Part shown: positions 53,151 through 64,000 of the stretch, piece after piece
How positions within the stretch are numbered: the first letter of the stretch is position 1
How the letters are laid out: every line of letters begins with the position of its first letter
Assembly (NCBI RefSeq): GCF_004010195.1
Contig: NC_057718.1
Span: forward strand, 71,355,715 to 71,419,714
DNA length: 64,000 bases
Direction of reading: 5' to 3'
Source: Chiloscyllium plagiosum
Taxonomy: Eukaryota
Translations under genes and position numbers: made by a program
The notes under the pieces: generated by a model
Told to the model about the DNA's origin: nothing
What the model saw: the letters and a program-made list of their open reading frames with translations, nothing else
Databases searched by the model: none

Positions 53151-54252
53151 TATACATACATCCCACATATATACATAAAATAATAAAAGAAAACAACCCC
53201 AAGGCGGGGGGAGAAAATCAAATCCCTCTCCCCACCCCCCATGATAATATTAATCAGTAAAGTAAGAAAAAAAAGGGGGGAATATAAACCAAAGCGGGGG
53301 GAAAGGCAAACCAACATCAATTATGTCTTACAGTTTATCTAAGAGAGTCCAAGAATTCCTTAGCCTTTTCTGGCGATCCGAAGTTATACACGGGTCCTTC
53401 ATGGTTAAAGTGTAACGTCACTGGGTAGCATAAGGAGTACTGAATATTTAAGTCCCTTAAACGCTTCTTCGCCTTGTCGAATGCCTTCCTCTTTCAGACG
53501 AGAGCTGGGGAAAAGTCCTGGAATAACATGATCTTGGATCCTTTATAGATCATAGCTTGGGGGTCTTTTCCAGGAATATCTGCCTCTCCTTGTAACTCTG
53601 CAGCCGGAACAGGACCAGGCGGGGACGCTGGTTCGAGCCGGGCCCGTGTATTGCGACCCGGTAGGCCCATTCTACCCTTACCTGGCCTGATCCAGCCTCC
53701 AGATTTAAAAGCTGTGGCAGCCATTGACGATTATCGAGGTCATCAATGTAATTCTCTAAGGTCCGGACTCGTTGTTCGAGAGTCCGGACCTGATCCACAG
53801 CCGATTGCGCTGCAGTTTCGGAGGTCGAGGCCTTTAGCTCTGCCCTTCCGACTCGGCGCTCGATTTCTTTAATGTCTCGGTCGTGCTTCTGCAGCCCGGC
53901 CAAGAGTGAGTCCCATCGATTTCGGGACTCCTCGATAAAAGCGTCGATCTTCGTATCCAGCTTGGAGATCACTGTAGGTAAGTCCCCCGGGGCGGCTGTG
54001 GATGCCTCTGCTGCAGCTGGAGAGGGTGGGGGAGGGGTTCCTGCGTGCTGAGAGCTGCGGGCTCCCTTCCCTTTGGTCATTTTTGCTAAATATTAGACTG
54101 TTTAAATGTAATACTAAGCAACTAATTAAATTAAACAGCTATTATGAATGATTTGGTGAGTGTGATGGGGGTGGGTGACCCACTTTACCCAAGTCTTGGG
54201 AAGAGCACTATAGACTCAGACTTGCTGGGTCGCCACCATCTTGGATCCCCTC
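48761..54252 (-). mobile_element. Full-length L1-clade LINE inserted in the ERV RNase H
   Basis: 14-bp TSD GCTGAACTAGTTTT (48747-48760, 54253-54266); 5' GGGGATCCAAGATGG; ORF1 53330-54080; ORF2 with APE (GGDFNC..RIDMFF), RT (GKAPGPNGF, YRPISLLNVDFKIL, DQTGFIKGR, EKAFDR) and CPKC..H.LWTC; A-rich 3' end; frameshifts and two gaps. Confidence 0.92.
53090..53175. repeat. (TA)n/(CA)n microsatellite in the L1 inter-ORF spacer
   Basis: tatatatagacatacatatatacacatatatatatatata...cacacacaca. Confidence 0.9.
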
Positions 54253-54537
54253 GCTGAACTAGTTTTAAGGTTATCAGCCATTTAAGTGCCCAGACGGCTC
54301 AACTAGCAGCCATAGTCTGTAGTCAGCCACCCTGATGTGTTTCTTCCATCCGTATTTATATATTCAGATGGCGTGTATGTGTACAACAGCCTCACCGAAT
54401 TCTTACAATTATGGGAAGCCAGAGGTTTTATTTCTGCTGATGGAAAACACTACCATCAGTTCCTTATTAAAGTACATCCTCAGGCTGCCAGTGGAATAAT
54501 TATATGGCATAGTTAAAGTTAGAAGCCACCACAAAAT

Positions 54538-54826
54538 GGCCCAACAAGTTCACACCATCCCTTTGAAGAGTATCCCACCCAGACTCATTTCCCTACACTT
54601 CCCCTGAGTAATGCAGCTAGCCACCTGAACAGGCAATTTAGCATGGCCAATTCACCTAACCTATACATCTGTGGACTGTGGAAGGAAACTGGAGCAGCTG
54701 GATGGAATCCACACTGACACGGGGGAGAATGTGCAAACTTCACACAGACAGTTGCCCTACACTGGAATCAAACCCAGGTCCCTGACGCTGTGAAGCAGCA
54801 GAGCTAACCACTGAGCTACTGTGCTG
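54538..54826 (-). mobile_element. HE1-type SINE (diverged)
   Basis: gcaatttagcatggccaattcacctaacc..ggagaatgtgcaaact..gcagcagagctaaccactgag. Confidence 0.8.
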
Positions 54827-55035
54827 TCTTTCACTGTGTGGGGATGGATTTACCTACATTCTAATCATCAGGGACACCTTCACAAACTGGGTCAAGGCTT
54901 TTCTCGTTAGGACAAGGACAGCCAAAACAACCACGCAAATCCTAATGCAACAAGTATATACAAGATAGGGTCTACCCCATAGTATCGAGTCAGATCAGGG
55001 AACCCAGTTCATCAGTCTCGTCATGCAGAATGTGA

Positions 55036-55338
55036 TTAGGTTAGTGTGGAAACAGGACATTTGGCCCAACAAGTCCACACCGACCCTCCTAAGAGTAACC
55101 CACCCAGACCCATTACCCTACCCTTTATTTACCCTCAACTATTGAACCCAACAGTATGGGCAGTTTAGCATGACCAATTCACTTGACCTGCACATTGTGG
55201 GAGCACCCAGAGGGAACCCACGCAGACACAGGGAGAATGTGCAAACTCCACACAGACAGTCACCTGAGGGTGGAATCGAACCCGGGTTCCTGGTGCTGTG
55301 AGGCAGCAGTGCTAACCTCTTGAGCCACCATGCCACCC
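55036..55338 (-). mobile_element. HE1-type SINE in ERV integrase
   Basis: Same consensus as 3946-4265. Confidence 0.82.
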
Positions 55339-55649
55339 CAATGATGACTAAGCTTAGTATCAAGCAGAAATTCCCAATCTAGTGGGATCGTGGAAAGGAT
55401 GAAATATCCCTTAAAGGGATAATTAGGAAGAAGGTACAGCAGAAAAATAAAACATAGGACACAGCACTTCCATTCATCCTCATGATGGTACACAACACTG
55501 TCTCCCGATCCACAGGGTATACACCCCTATATTCTGATGACAGACTGACCTATGAAAGCAGTCAACTACCTGTTCTGTCTTGACCTCACAAAACCTGTTC
55601 TTACTGCTCTCACCCATGAAAAAGCGATGCAGCAGCTCATTGAGAATAG

Positions 55650-56328
55650 CATAAAGTTATATCAATTTATATTTTTAATTCTAAAAGTGAAGAATAAATA
55701 ATTATTCACAACTCTAAGCCCCCTTTGTCTTATCTGCCTCCAACTCTATAACAAAATGCTGTTCCAAGAAGACACTTATTAAAATTATATCAATTTCATT
55801 TCAAAACCACACATTTCAAAAGTATAATGTCATCTTCTGTGACTTCACTCTTATGGCTGCTGAATTCCCTGGGTGGTCTTCTCTCTTTTTACTGCATGTA
55901 TGTTTCATCTGAAAATGTACCTTTGATAGAGTTTTTCTCTATTTCTTGGAGAGCAAGATGTTAGATCCCCATGTGTTTCTGTCTTGATGGCAGTTGCTCT
56001 CTCTCTCATTTTCAAATGGTCTGCATTTTTATATCCCTAACATTGGCTCATCTCATTGGTTTGATATTGGCAAAACAATAAATTCAAACTTGATTGGGTT
56101 TTAGTATCCTGGGGTATAATTTAAACTGATTGGTTACATTTGAATTGTTGTCAAAACAGCAACCTAAACTCAGGTATCCATTTCACATCTAAATATTACA
56201 CATTTTCAATTTTCTAGTATACTCTGGGACTGCCATCCAGTCATATACACAGGTGCTTGTAATTTCTCAGTTCAGAACAGCATTCACTCTCTCTTAAAGG
56301 TACAGTACAAGCCTTCAGCTTCATAACA
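55650..56328 (-). mobile_element. Solo or partial LTR related to the Gmr1-like element LTRs
   Basis: Shares gagagcaag.tgtta, aaaacaataaattcaa, tttgaattgttgtcaaa..caggtatccattt with 2450-2976 and 8855-9548; ends CATAACA. Confidence 0.75.
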
Positions 56329-56329
56329 C

Positions 56330-58330
56330 CAGGACAACCATGACTATGCGAAACACAATCAAGATATACCTCATCAGGATTGTCTTCACCATCGGAAACA
56401 GCACACTTGAAGCAACAAACAGACTTGGGTATATATACCCAGAATACTTATGGTTTGGCTTACCAGATGCAGGTGAATGTGAGGATGATGTGTTATTGGC
56501 ACACCCCAATAAAAATATAATGTTCAGATGCAACAATCAGCGGGCAGCATATAAGAAAACAAATAGGAACTCAGATGATTGTTACCTGAACAGAGAAATC
56601 ATGGGTAATTAGTGGGGATTCTAAAACAATGGATGCCCCAAGGTAGGATGCTTAGCAGATGGCCTAGAAAAGGGATTGGAACCCGGTAGCAAAGCCTTGG
56701 GAAATTCCTAGAGGGGAAGTTTGTTCTGTATGAAATTAGGAACTTGAAAGACTATACCTCCACTTGACCCATAGATTATTGGAACGAGACATAGGGACAA
56801 ATGATGGGAAGATAAAACACAGAATAGAAAAGCAACATAAAAGGGAAATACTGAATGACTTAGTGACAGCATATGGGGCAGGGGTATCAACCATTAATGC
56901 CCTTGCTTTGGCTGACCTGGACAATAAACTCAGAGTCCTAAACCAACAAGCAAACCAGACTTTGGACACAATTAATGAAAATAGTCGGGAGAATGCTGAA
57001 GGGGAACTAATCGGAAATAAATTGGTAGCCTTGGTAGCTGTGCTCCACACAGAGAGTCGCCTGAGGCGGGAATTGAACCCGGGTCTCTGGCGCTGTGAAG
57101 CAGCAGTGCTAACCACTGTGCTACCGTGCCGCCCTTATAATCGGAAATAAATTGGTAGCCTTGGTAGCTGTGCGAGAAGGACATGCCAAAACAATAAAAC
57201 AGATAATAAAAGGGAAATTGGAAGATGACACCAGGCAACAGAACCAGACCCTGTGTAGCATTTATGTACAGTGGATGATAAAGCAGTTGAGAGAAACTCT
57301 TGACTAGGTTAGATAGGGACAGGTTCCATCCTGGATCAGCAACAAACAGATTGAGCTTTTATTCAGGGGAAAGAAACACCCCAAATGATCAGACTGCCAA
57401 TGAAGACAACTGACCAAAGTCTGGTTCAATGCCTACTATAAAGGATATTCTGGGAAACCTTTAGGGATGGTATTAGGACTTTCAATAATCAAGACGACAG
57501 AATTGGATTAAGGGTATTCGAAGTAGAAAAGATAGGCACTATTAACGTCTATGGCTAAGATATGATGGCACCTTACTACATGCAGTAGAGAAGGAAGGAA
57601 GGCTCATGGGCACCACATTAGATGAATGTCAACATGCTAACACAGTAATAACATGGCTTTATCCTATTTATTTCAGTGAACATGCACTGTGTGGATTCAA
57701 GATAAACACCAGTCTGAATTGCCTCATTGAGGCTCACAATCTGAACAGCGACATAACCTGGGTAATCCTGCAGGGCAGAAGGAGAATACTGCTTCAAAAA
57801 TCTCACTTAGCACATATTAGTGTGGGACAGCCAATGTAATGCCACCAACACTACATTCTGTTTTAGGCCACACATACCTGCCAGGGTAGGCCTAACTCAG
57901 CTGATAAATTCACACAAAAGGGAAAGGGTGGAATTCAATGTGAGTGAGGAACTCAGACAAACTCTAGGGGAATATCTGGAGAAGTACAATACTGGTCTCC
58001 AACCCCTGCCAGAGGGGTTACATTGGATTCAGAGCTGGTTGGCCACAGCCCATAGGACCTTTACCAAGGTAATACAGAAGGCCAACAATGCCAAAGACCG
58101 AATAAAGGAAATTAAAGTAATGACTTGGTGGGAGGATTTCTGGGACTCGGGCTCCAGCATACTAATCCATCTCTGAATCCGTCTTCTGGCTGTGTTGCTA
58201 ATTCTGGTTACCTTTGTATACCTCACCATCGTCACTGTCAGATTTGCCTGGTGGAAGAACAAACAGTCATCCAAACTAAATCTGGTGGCCTCAATAGTCT
58301 CCCCGAGCTTATTGCACACTATAGCGACAT
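56330..58330 (+). pseudogene. Disrupted env of the loki-like ERV
   Basis: Basic cleavage site KQHKR followed by EILNDLVTAYGAGVSTINALALADLDNKLRVL and heptad repeat; Cys-containing C-terminal half; WWEDFW then hydrophobic TM LLAVLLILVTFVYLTIVTV and basic tail. Confidence 0.7.
57044..57134 (-). mobile_element. Tail-less SINE head (tRNA-like region only) in ERV env
   Basis: First ~90 nt of the HE1-type consensus flanked by a 36-bp exact direct repeat (57008-57043, 57138-57173). Confidence 0.85.
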
Positions 58331-58880
58331 TGTAAATGTTTGGTTAAGCTGATTGAATATTAATCATCAAGTTGTTTTTGGAAAATGTCCTATCCCATTG
58401 TTTGTGTTAAATATTCTCCTGTATTATGATATTTGATTTTCGTTATGAATTTTATGATGTTGGGTTTTAATTTTGAATTTGTTTTGGTATTGGTTCATTT
58501 CTCTAATGTATTATTTATTTTAACTTACTACATTATCTGTAGGAACTAATTGCTTAGTATACATCGTCTTTTGCTTGAGCCTGGATGAATGTTTAGACAC
58601 CGCACAGAGTTTAGTCTTTGATTATATGATCCATCATGCTTCATGTTCAGGATCAAGAGAGGGACTCTGGCCAAATGGGCTAAGTGTTGAACGTATGATA
58701 GATGCAACATGAATGGACAATAACTGAGGAATGCTGGGAGATTGAGGCAAGCCTTGACCAAAGTGACTGTGCTAGTACACATGTTGCAGAATCCAGACAG
58801 GCTGCAGTTACCAACAGACAATATGTAATCAACCTGGGAGCTGCAGACAATACAATACCCATCCAAGTTTGGGTTTGAAT

Positions 58881-58920
58881 AGAGTCCTGAAGAAGGGCTT
58901 ATGCCCGAAACGTCGATTCT
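58881..58920 (+). ncRNA. Minimal type I hammerhead ribozyme motif (Penelope-associated)
   Basis: AGAGUC-CUGAAGA-A-GGGC-UUAU-GCCC-GAAAC-GUC-GAUUCU: intact core, 4-bp stem II, 6-bp stem I (one G-U), stem III reduced to palindromic ACGU. Confidence 0.65.
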
Positions 58921-59011
58921 CCTGTTCCCTGGATGCTGCCTGACCTGCTGCGCTTCTCCAGCAACACATTTTCAGCTCTGATCTCCAGCATCTGCAGACC
59001 TCACTTTCTCC
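58887..59011 (+). mobile_element. Penelope terminal-repeat insertion beginning at a hammerhead core
   Basis: 13-bp TSD TTTGAATAGAGTC (58874-58886, 59012-59024); starts CTGAAGAAGGGCTTATGCCCGAAACGTC. Confidence 0.85.
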
Positions 59012-59539
59012 TTTGAATAGAGTCGACTGGTATGCACTGCTCAGGGCAATCGGACACAGCACGGTGCGTACGAGACATGGTTGCACTTCACACCTTTATT
59101 TGGAGAGGGCTACATGCACCTCCAGGAATGGATGTCTAAAGACCACCCTACCATCGAAATGCCAACATTAAGTCTAATCGATCAGGGTGATCGAGCCTAA
59201 TCAATCTATTGGTGAACAGTAAGGACCCTCCCAAAAAGATGCAACACCACACATGGGGAGGTAACTCGAGACCAATCACCGAGAAGGGAAGATACATCTG
59301 GATGACCACCAGAGAAGGCCAGATGACCATCACCATGTGGCCAAGATCTAGTGTGGTGGTATATGATCATCCAGAGATAAGTTAAAGCACAAGGTAGTTG
59401 ATTAGGTTTATAGTGCAAATTGTTAATTTATTATGTATTTCATTATTATAGTATTAATTGTGTTAAATAAATAAATATTATTATTATTGAACTGGATATA
59501 AAAATTAAAAACAAACACTGTATGGCAGGTGCAACAGCT

Positions 59540-60714
59540 TTGACATCTTTCTTATCAAAATGTGGCAGTATTTTAACATATTTGCAAGCATCCCTACCTT
59601 CTCCCTTCTATTAACTTGACTTTGCTGACTAATTCACAACTTTTGAAGTTCAAACTCTCTCTGGTTCTCTCTCTCTTTACTTCATTTTGCTCTGCTTAGA
59701 ATCTTCTTTCCCTTTCTTTCTCCTCTATTTTAGCCATTTCCAAAGATTCTAATGGCCTTTCCAACACACTTAAATGTTGAGCCATTTTGGTAATGACCAT
59801 CTTTATTCAGAGACACAGGTAACCCAACTCCAGCTTGTCTGCCAGTTGCAGCAGCTTTTTCTTGCTCTCCTTTTGTAAAACTCCCAAAGCCATTTCTTCT
59901 ACCCCATAGAAAACATTTAGTAACTGAAAGTGCCATTTCTCTCACTTTTAATCAAACCAACTATAATTAACCAACAAAATTAAACAGATTTTCTCAACTA
60001 ATTTTTAATTTAAAAAAAAAACTAGGACATTAACCCCTCAAGTCTGTTTGAATCTGTCCAAATCTGTTCAGTTCCATTTAGATCCCGTAGACAGCACTCA
60101 GACTCAAAGACCTAACCTGTTCCAATTTCAGACTTGAACCCCCAATCTGTTCAAATCCCAGATGATAGCCCCCAATCTGTTATGATGCAGAGGTTGAATC
60201 CTTCTGATAACTAAAACTAAAACACCCAAAGAAGCTCGCCTTGCCTCGTAATCTGTTAAAAACGTGAGTGATTGAAAGGAAACTCCCGATTTCCACTGTT
60301 TAAAGAAAAAAATAACAATTTATTTTCCGAACTCTTAACAGTCAACCCTAACCCCCCTCCCCCCTTTTTCTTAACTAATCATTATCTGACTCTATCTATT
60401 AAAATACTGTAATTCTTATAGCCGAATTGGTTTCAGGCTGTCAACATCAGATTTTAAATTGAAATTGCTTTGAAAAGCTGAGTGTTTGGTTTAAATCAAT
60501 TGGTCAGATTTGAATTGTTGTTAGAACAACAACCAAAACTCAGTATTCACTTAACAGCCAATTGTTACATGTGTCAATTTTGGAACAGCATGTCTCCTGG
60601 CTGCTCTGCATACTGGTAGCGTTTGCTGTATCTTAAGCTCGGAAAAATACTTTCTGTCTTAAAGAAACCATGCATTCTTTTTGATCCACTATTATTCTAC
60701 CCAACTTCATAACA
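59540..60714 (-). mobile_element. Truncated Gmr1-family copy: 5' LTR (60178-60714), PBS and gag start
   Basis: LTR TGTTATGA..CATAACA homologous to 8055-9548; adjacent minus-strand TTGGGGGCTATCATCTGGGAT resembles a tRNA-Pro PBS; leader similar to 7350-8050. Confidence 0.75.
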
Positions 60715-60986
60715 ATCACAATCCTTCCCTCTGATTTCTGTACCCACATTAACCGTCCCAATAGTGATCACTGCCAAATATTCATTTAGAACCCGACCTA
60801 TATCTTTCAGCTCAAATATGAATTACCATTGTGATTCTTAATGGGCCCTACTGTTTCTCTTGTTATCCTTTTATCCTTAATGTATTTGTAAAATACAGGG
60901 TGGGGTGGTGGCTCTGTACTACTTCTCAGCAATATCCTGCAACTATTCAGTAACCTCCCCGGACCCTGACACCACGAGGCAACATA

Positions 60987-61651
60987 TGTTGTGGAGAAAA
61001 TATAGAGAATCACCAGGAGACGCGGAGAGTTCTTCAAGAAATAGGTCTTTTATTTGCAAACAAAAAACTGTGACACTCAGAAAGCAAATTCCTGAATGCC
61101 CCCGAACTTCAGGGTCCTTGATTCTTTATACCTTTTTGTTATCATGGTTTTGTTAGCTAATTAGCATGCCCAACTATGTTAGTCAGAATTACCTCACTCC
61201 AGATGTACAATAAACCAATGATGTTAGTTCCCATTATCTCTCTACTTTTGCCACTATGGTTTCTCCTACATTCTACTTGATATTATTCTAATGTCATGAT
61301 TAGATATTTTACTACCCCATCTACCACAATGGTCTCCTGTCCCAGGCTGACTCTACTAACTATTAATTAAATATTTAATGTCATATCCTAAATATTTATT
61401 ATCACAACCTGTCCCAACCTACCATGATGATACTTAGCAGGTGAGGCTGACTTTACTAATTGTTGTTATCTCACCTCGCCATTGTGACCTTTCAGCCCCA
61501 ACCTGACTCTGCTAATTGGTGTAGCAGCACATTCCACTATTCTTATCCCATCCTGCCACAGTGACTTTTTGACTAGTGTAGCATTCCACAGACCCCTTGT
61601 AACAAATGACTTTAACCCTTCCCATGCTTTCATGCTCTTTTTTTTTCCATA
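60987..61651 (-). mobile_element. Solo LTR of the neighbouring gamma/epsilon-like ERV family
   Basis: 4-bp TSD CATA inside a CR1 ORF1 remnant; minus-strand TATAAA (~61125) and AATAAA (~61050); its 5' end matches 62250-62284. Confidence 0.75.
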
Positions 61652-62234
61652 CATACCATCATGGAGTCCATTTTGTGGCTGTAGAAAGGCTTGTCTGTTC
61701 CCCTTAAAACTGAATCCCCTATGGACTCCTGCACTACTTCCCATTCTCTACTCTTCCATTCTCTACCCATGCCCTTTCTGCCTGTTCAGTGTTTACCTGC
61801 AGCATCCACCTCACTGAACATGCTATTCATGACATGCTCAACATTGAAAATGCCTCACAGTGAATTCAACTAAAGTCAAAGCTCCAAAGTGCATTTAAAA
61901 TAATTGGGCACATGCAGCACATATGGTCACTGGAGCCAACTGAAGAATCATGGAATCATTCAGAACAGTGGAGGCCCTTGGAGAACTTTGAGTCTGTACT
62001 GCCAAAAATTAAATCTACTCTATCTCCACTTCCTAGCATCAGGCTCATAGCCAAGTGACATTATGACATTTCAAGTGCTCATCCAGGTACTTTTTAAAGA
62101 TTGTCAGTTTACCTGCTTCTACTACCCTCTCAGGTAGTACTTCCACCCTCTGGGTGAAAAACCATTTCTTCAACTACCCTCTAAACCTCCTTCATTTCAT
62201 TTTAAAATTTTGCCCTCTTCTAATTGCCAGTGGT

Positions 62235-64000
62235 CTTTATGCGTTAAACCTTCCCATGTGCTTTCATGCTCTTTATTTTCCATATTCCCCCCTTTGAGAC
62301 CTACCAGTCTCACCTAGAGGAAGAAAACAATAAGCTCAGACCCTCTGGTGCCCAATACAAACAGTGCAGGTCCCAACATGAACTGACTAATTTTCCGAGT
62401 CTGAGTCTTAAAAGGTTCTTCCACTGTTCCTGGGGTCCCTTGGGCCAAAACCTATCCTCCAGTAACCAGAACAGGAAAAAAGACCCAAGGTCCCATACAA
62501 TCTAGGACCCACGCGTTCTTCAGAAATATCATCGATGTCCACATGTTCCTTGTACTGTGGCGGTTGTCAAATCATAATAGTAAAGTGGTGAGGATCTGTC
62601 AGCAGTGGAAGCGCTTCCAGCAGTTGCTGAAATAACCACAAGCTGTTGTGTAGTGACGTGAACTAGAAAAGACAAAAGTAACAACAAGCACCTATAATAA
62701 GACCAATCTTGACAAATCATCCTCCCCAAGATATTATTCAACCAATCAAAAGCCTGATGACCAAATCCCGCATTGTCTTTTAGCTCCTGTCTCAGATTTT
62801 TAAAATTTTCCATTGCTTTAGTAAAACATCCACCAGGGCTAGTATCGTTAGGTATAAAGGTAAAGCAATGTTCCCCAAATATCACACAAACCCTGCCTTT
62901 CTTGGCCAGTATCCAATCTAAGGCCTGTCTGTTTTGCCATGACATTTTGGTAGTAGCATCCAATTGCTCTCCCAAGGCCACAAGGGCATCATCAGTATAG
63001 TTGATAAATCTCTGCTGGTCGTAATAAATGTAATTGATCCATTCAGTATTCTTGCTAACCCCTATCACTGGGATGAGAGGCTGCCAGCCTGCGGCAATTT
63101 CGTTGCGGGCCTTAAACTCATTAGGGATAACTCTCGGCTATCCTATAGTATCAATCCGAACTGTTGGAACAGGGACATGCCGTCACTTAGTGCGATGCAG
63201 AGCTGACTGTGACGTAGTGTCAAGCTGCTCATGCGGTGATATAACAACCTCGTGTAGGAGCATTACATGTGCACAGTTGTCACTCCAGTCAGTGGGCAGC
63301 ATCGGGCACAACCCTCCGTTCTTACCACACAATCTCCAAGTATCTGCCAGGTTAATGGTTTCAAAGTCTGAGTATGCAGGCCTGGCATCAGGGAAGGGGT
63401 ATCAGGGGCTTCCCCCATGTCTTCCCCAGCCCTGCTACTAGGAGAAGGGCTATGCTCCACATCTCCATCACTATCATTTGCAGAATGATAAGAGACCCCA
63501 AGAGCTGCACCTGTATCTTGTTCGGGACTCTGCTGTGGGGTACTTGTTTCCGGTGTGTCCTGCCCGTGCTCAAGTTCTTCGGCCTCAGCCTCACTTACCT
63601 CAGCTTCAGAGTCAGATTGTACTGGTGGGACAGCTTTAGTATAGTGATGAAGGTGGTACCATACCTGTCGTCCTTTCGCTTGAATGGCAGTAGGTGATGC
63701 CTGAGTCATGAAGAAAGGTCCCTCTCTCCTTGGCTCATTCCTCCCGTCTCCAGAAGACTCGCACATACACCCGATCCCCGGGCTTAACAGGTCCTTCCTT
63801 GTTGCCAGATGTCAGTTCCCTTTGCATTTCCTGCATGTGGATAGCCTCATGTATCATAGTTAACTGCAGCATATATTGCTTATGTTCTAGGCTTAACTGC
63901 TCCAAACTAGGCCCTTCATATGGGCCTCTCCACATGGGCACTGGCATAGGTCTGCCTGTGAGCATCTCATGTGGTGTTAGATTGGTCATGCGGTTAGTCT
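62235..64000 (-). mobile_element. Decayed gamma/epsilon-like (class I) endogenous retrovirus 3' part: integrase end, env, PPT, LTR stub
   Basis: LTPHEMLTGRPMP integrase C-terminus; env TM NEFKARNEIAAG..WINYIYYDQQRFINY..WQNRQALDWILAKKGRVCVIFGEHCFTFIP (ISD + decayed CX6CC); PPT AAAGGGGGAA at 62285-62294. Confidence 0.85.

Larger units (their letters stand above)
45512..59536 (+). mobile_element. Decayed endogenous retrovirus, lokiretrovirus-like (LTR-gag-pol-env-LTR)
   Basis: LTR homology 45512-45822 vs ~59255-59536; PBS-like TGGTAACCCAGCTGAT at 45824; coiled-coil gag 46200-47570; RT KYFTVLDVGNSFWSIPL / PQGIHNSP / QYVGDLLL; tether RH then second RH LYVDG..YIYSDG..W..RGFISADGK; INT DTFTNWVKAF..IESDQGTQF..QSSGIVERM; env 56330-58330. 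Confidence 0.8.

Overview
Vertebrate genomic DNA, very probably an elasmobranch (shark or ray), judged from HE1-type SINEs and abundant CR1 and Penelope-like repeats. It has four N-gaps. The only host gene is the 3' half of TCP1 (CCT-alpha chaperonin subunit, + strand). Six GT-AG exons of 127, 176, 124, 193, 164 and 217 coding nt match exons 7-12 of the human gene as I recall them, and a polyA signal lies at 34166. Intron 9 hosts an H/ACA snoRNA (SNORA20 orthologue). Intron 11 holds a decayed internal duplicate of intron 6 plus the start of exon 7. Most of the rest is nested mobile DNA. This includes a Gmr1-type Ty3/gypsy element with inverted PR-INT-RT-RH order, Penelope-like elements carrying minimal hammerhead ribozyme motifs, CR1 fragments, a Tx1 LINE and a full-length L1. 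There are also two decayed endogenous retroviruses. One has a gamma/epsilon-type env. The other (45.5-59.5 kb) has two RNase H domains and an env lacking the retroviral ISD/CX6CC signature, and resembles lokiretroviruses. Family assignments come from recalled motifs, not database searches.
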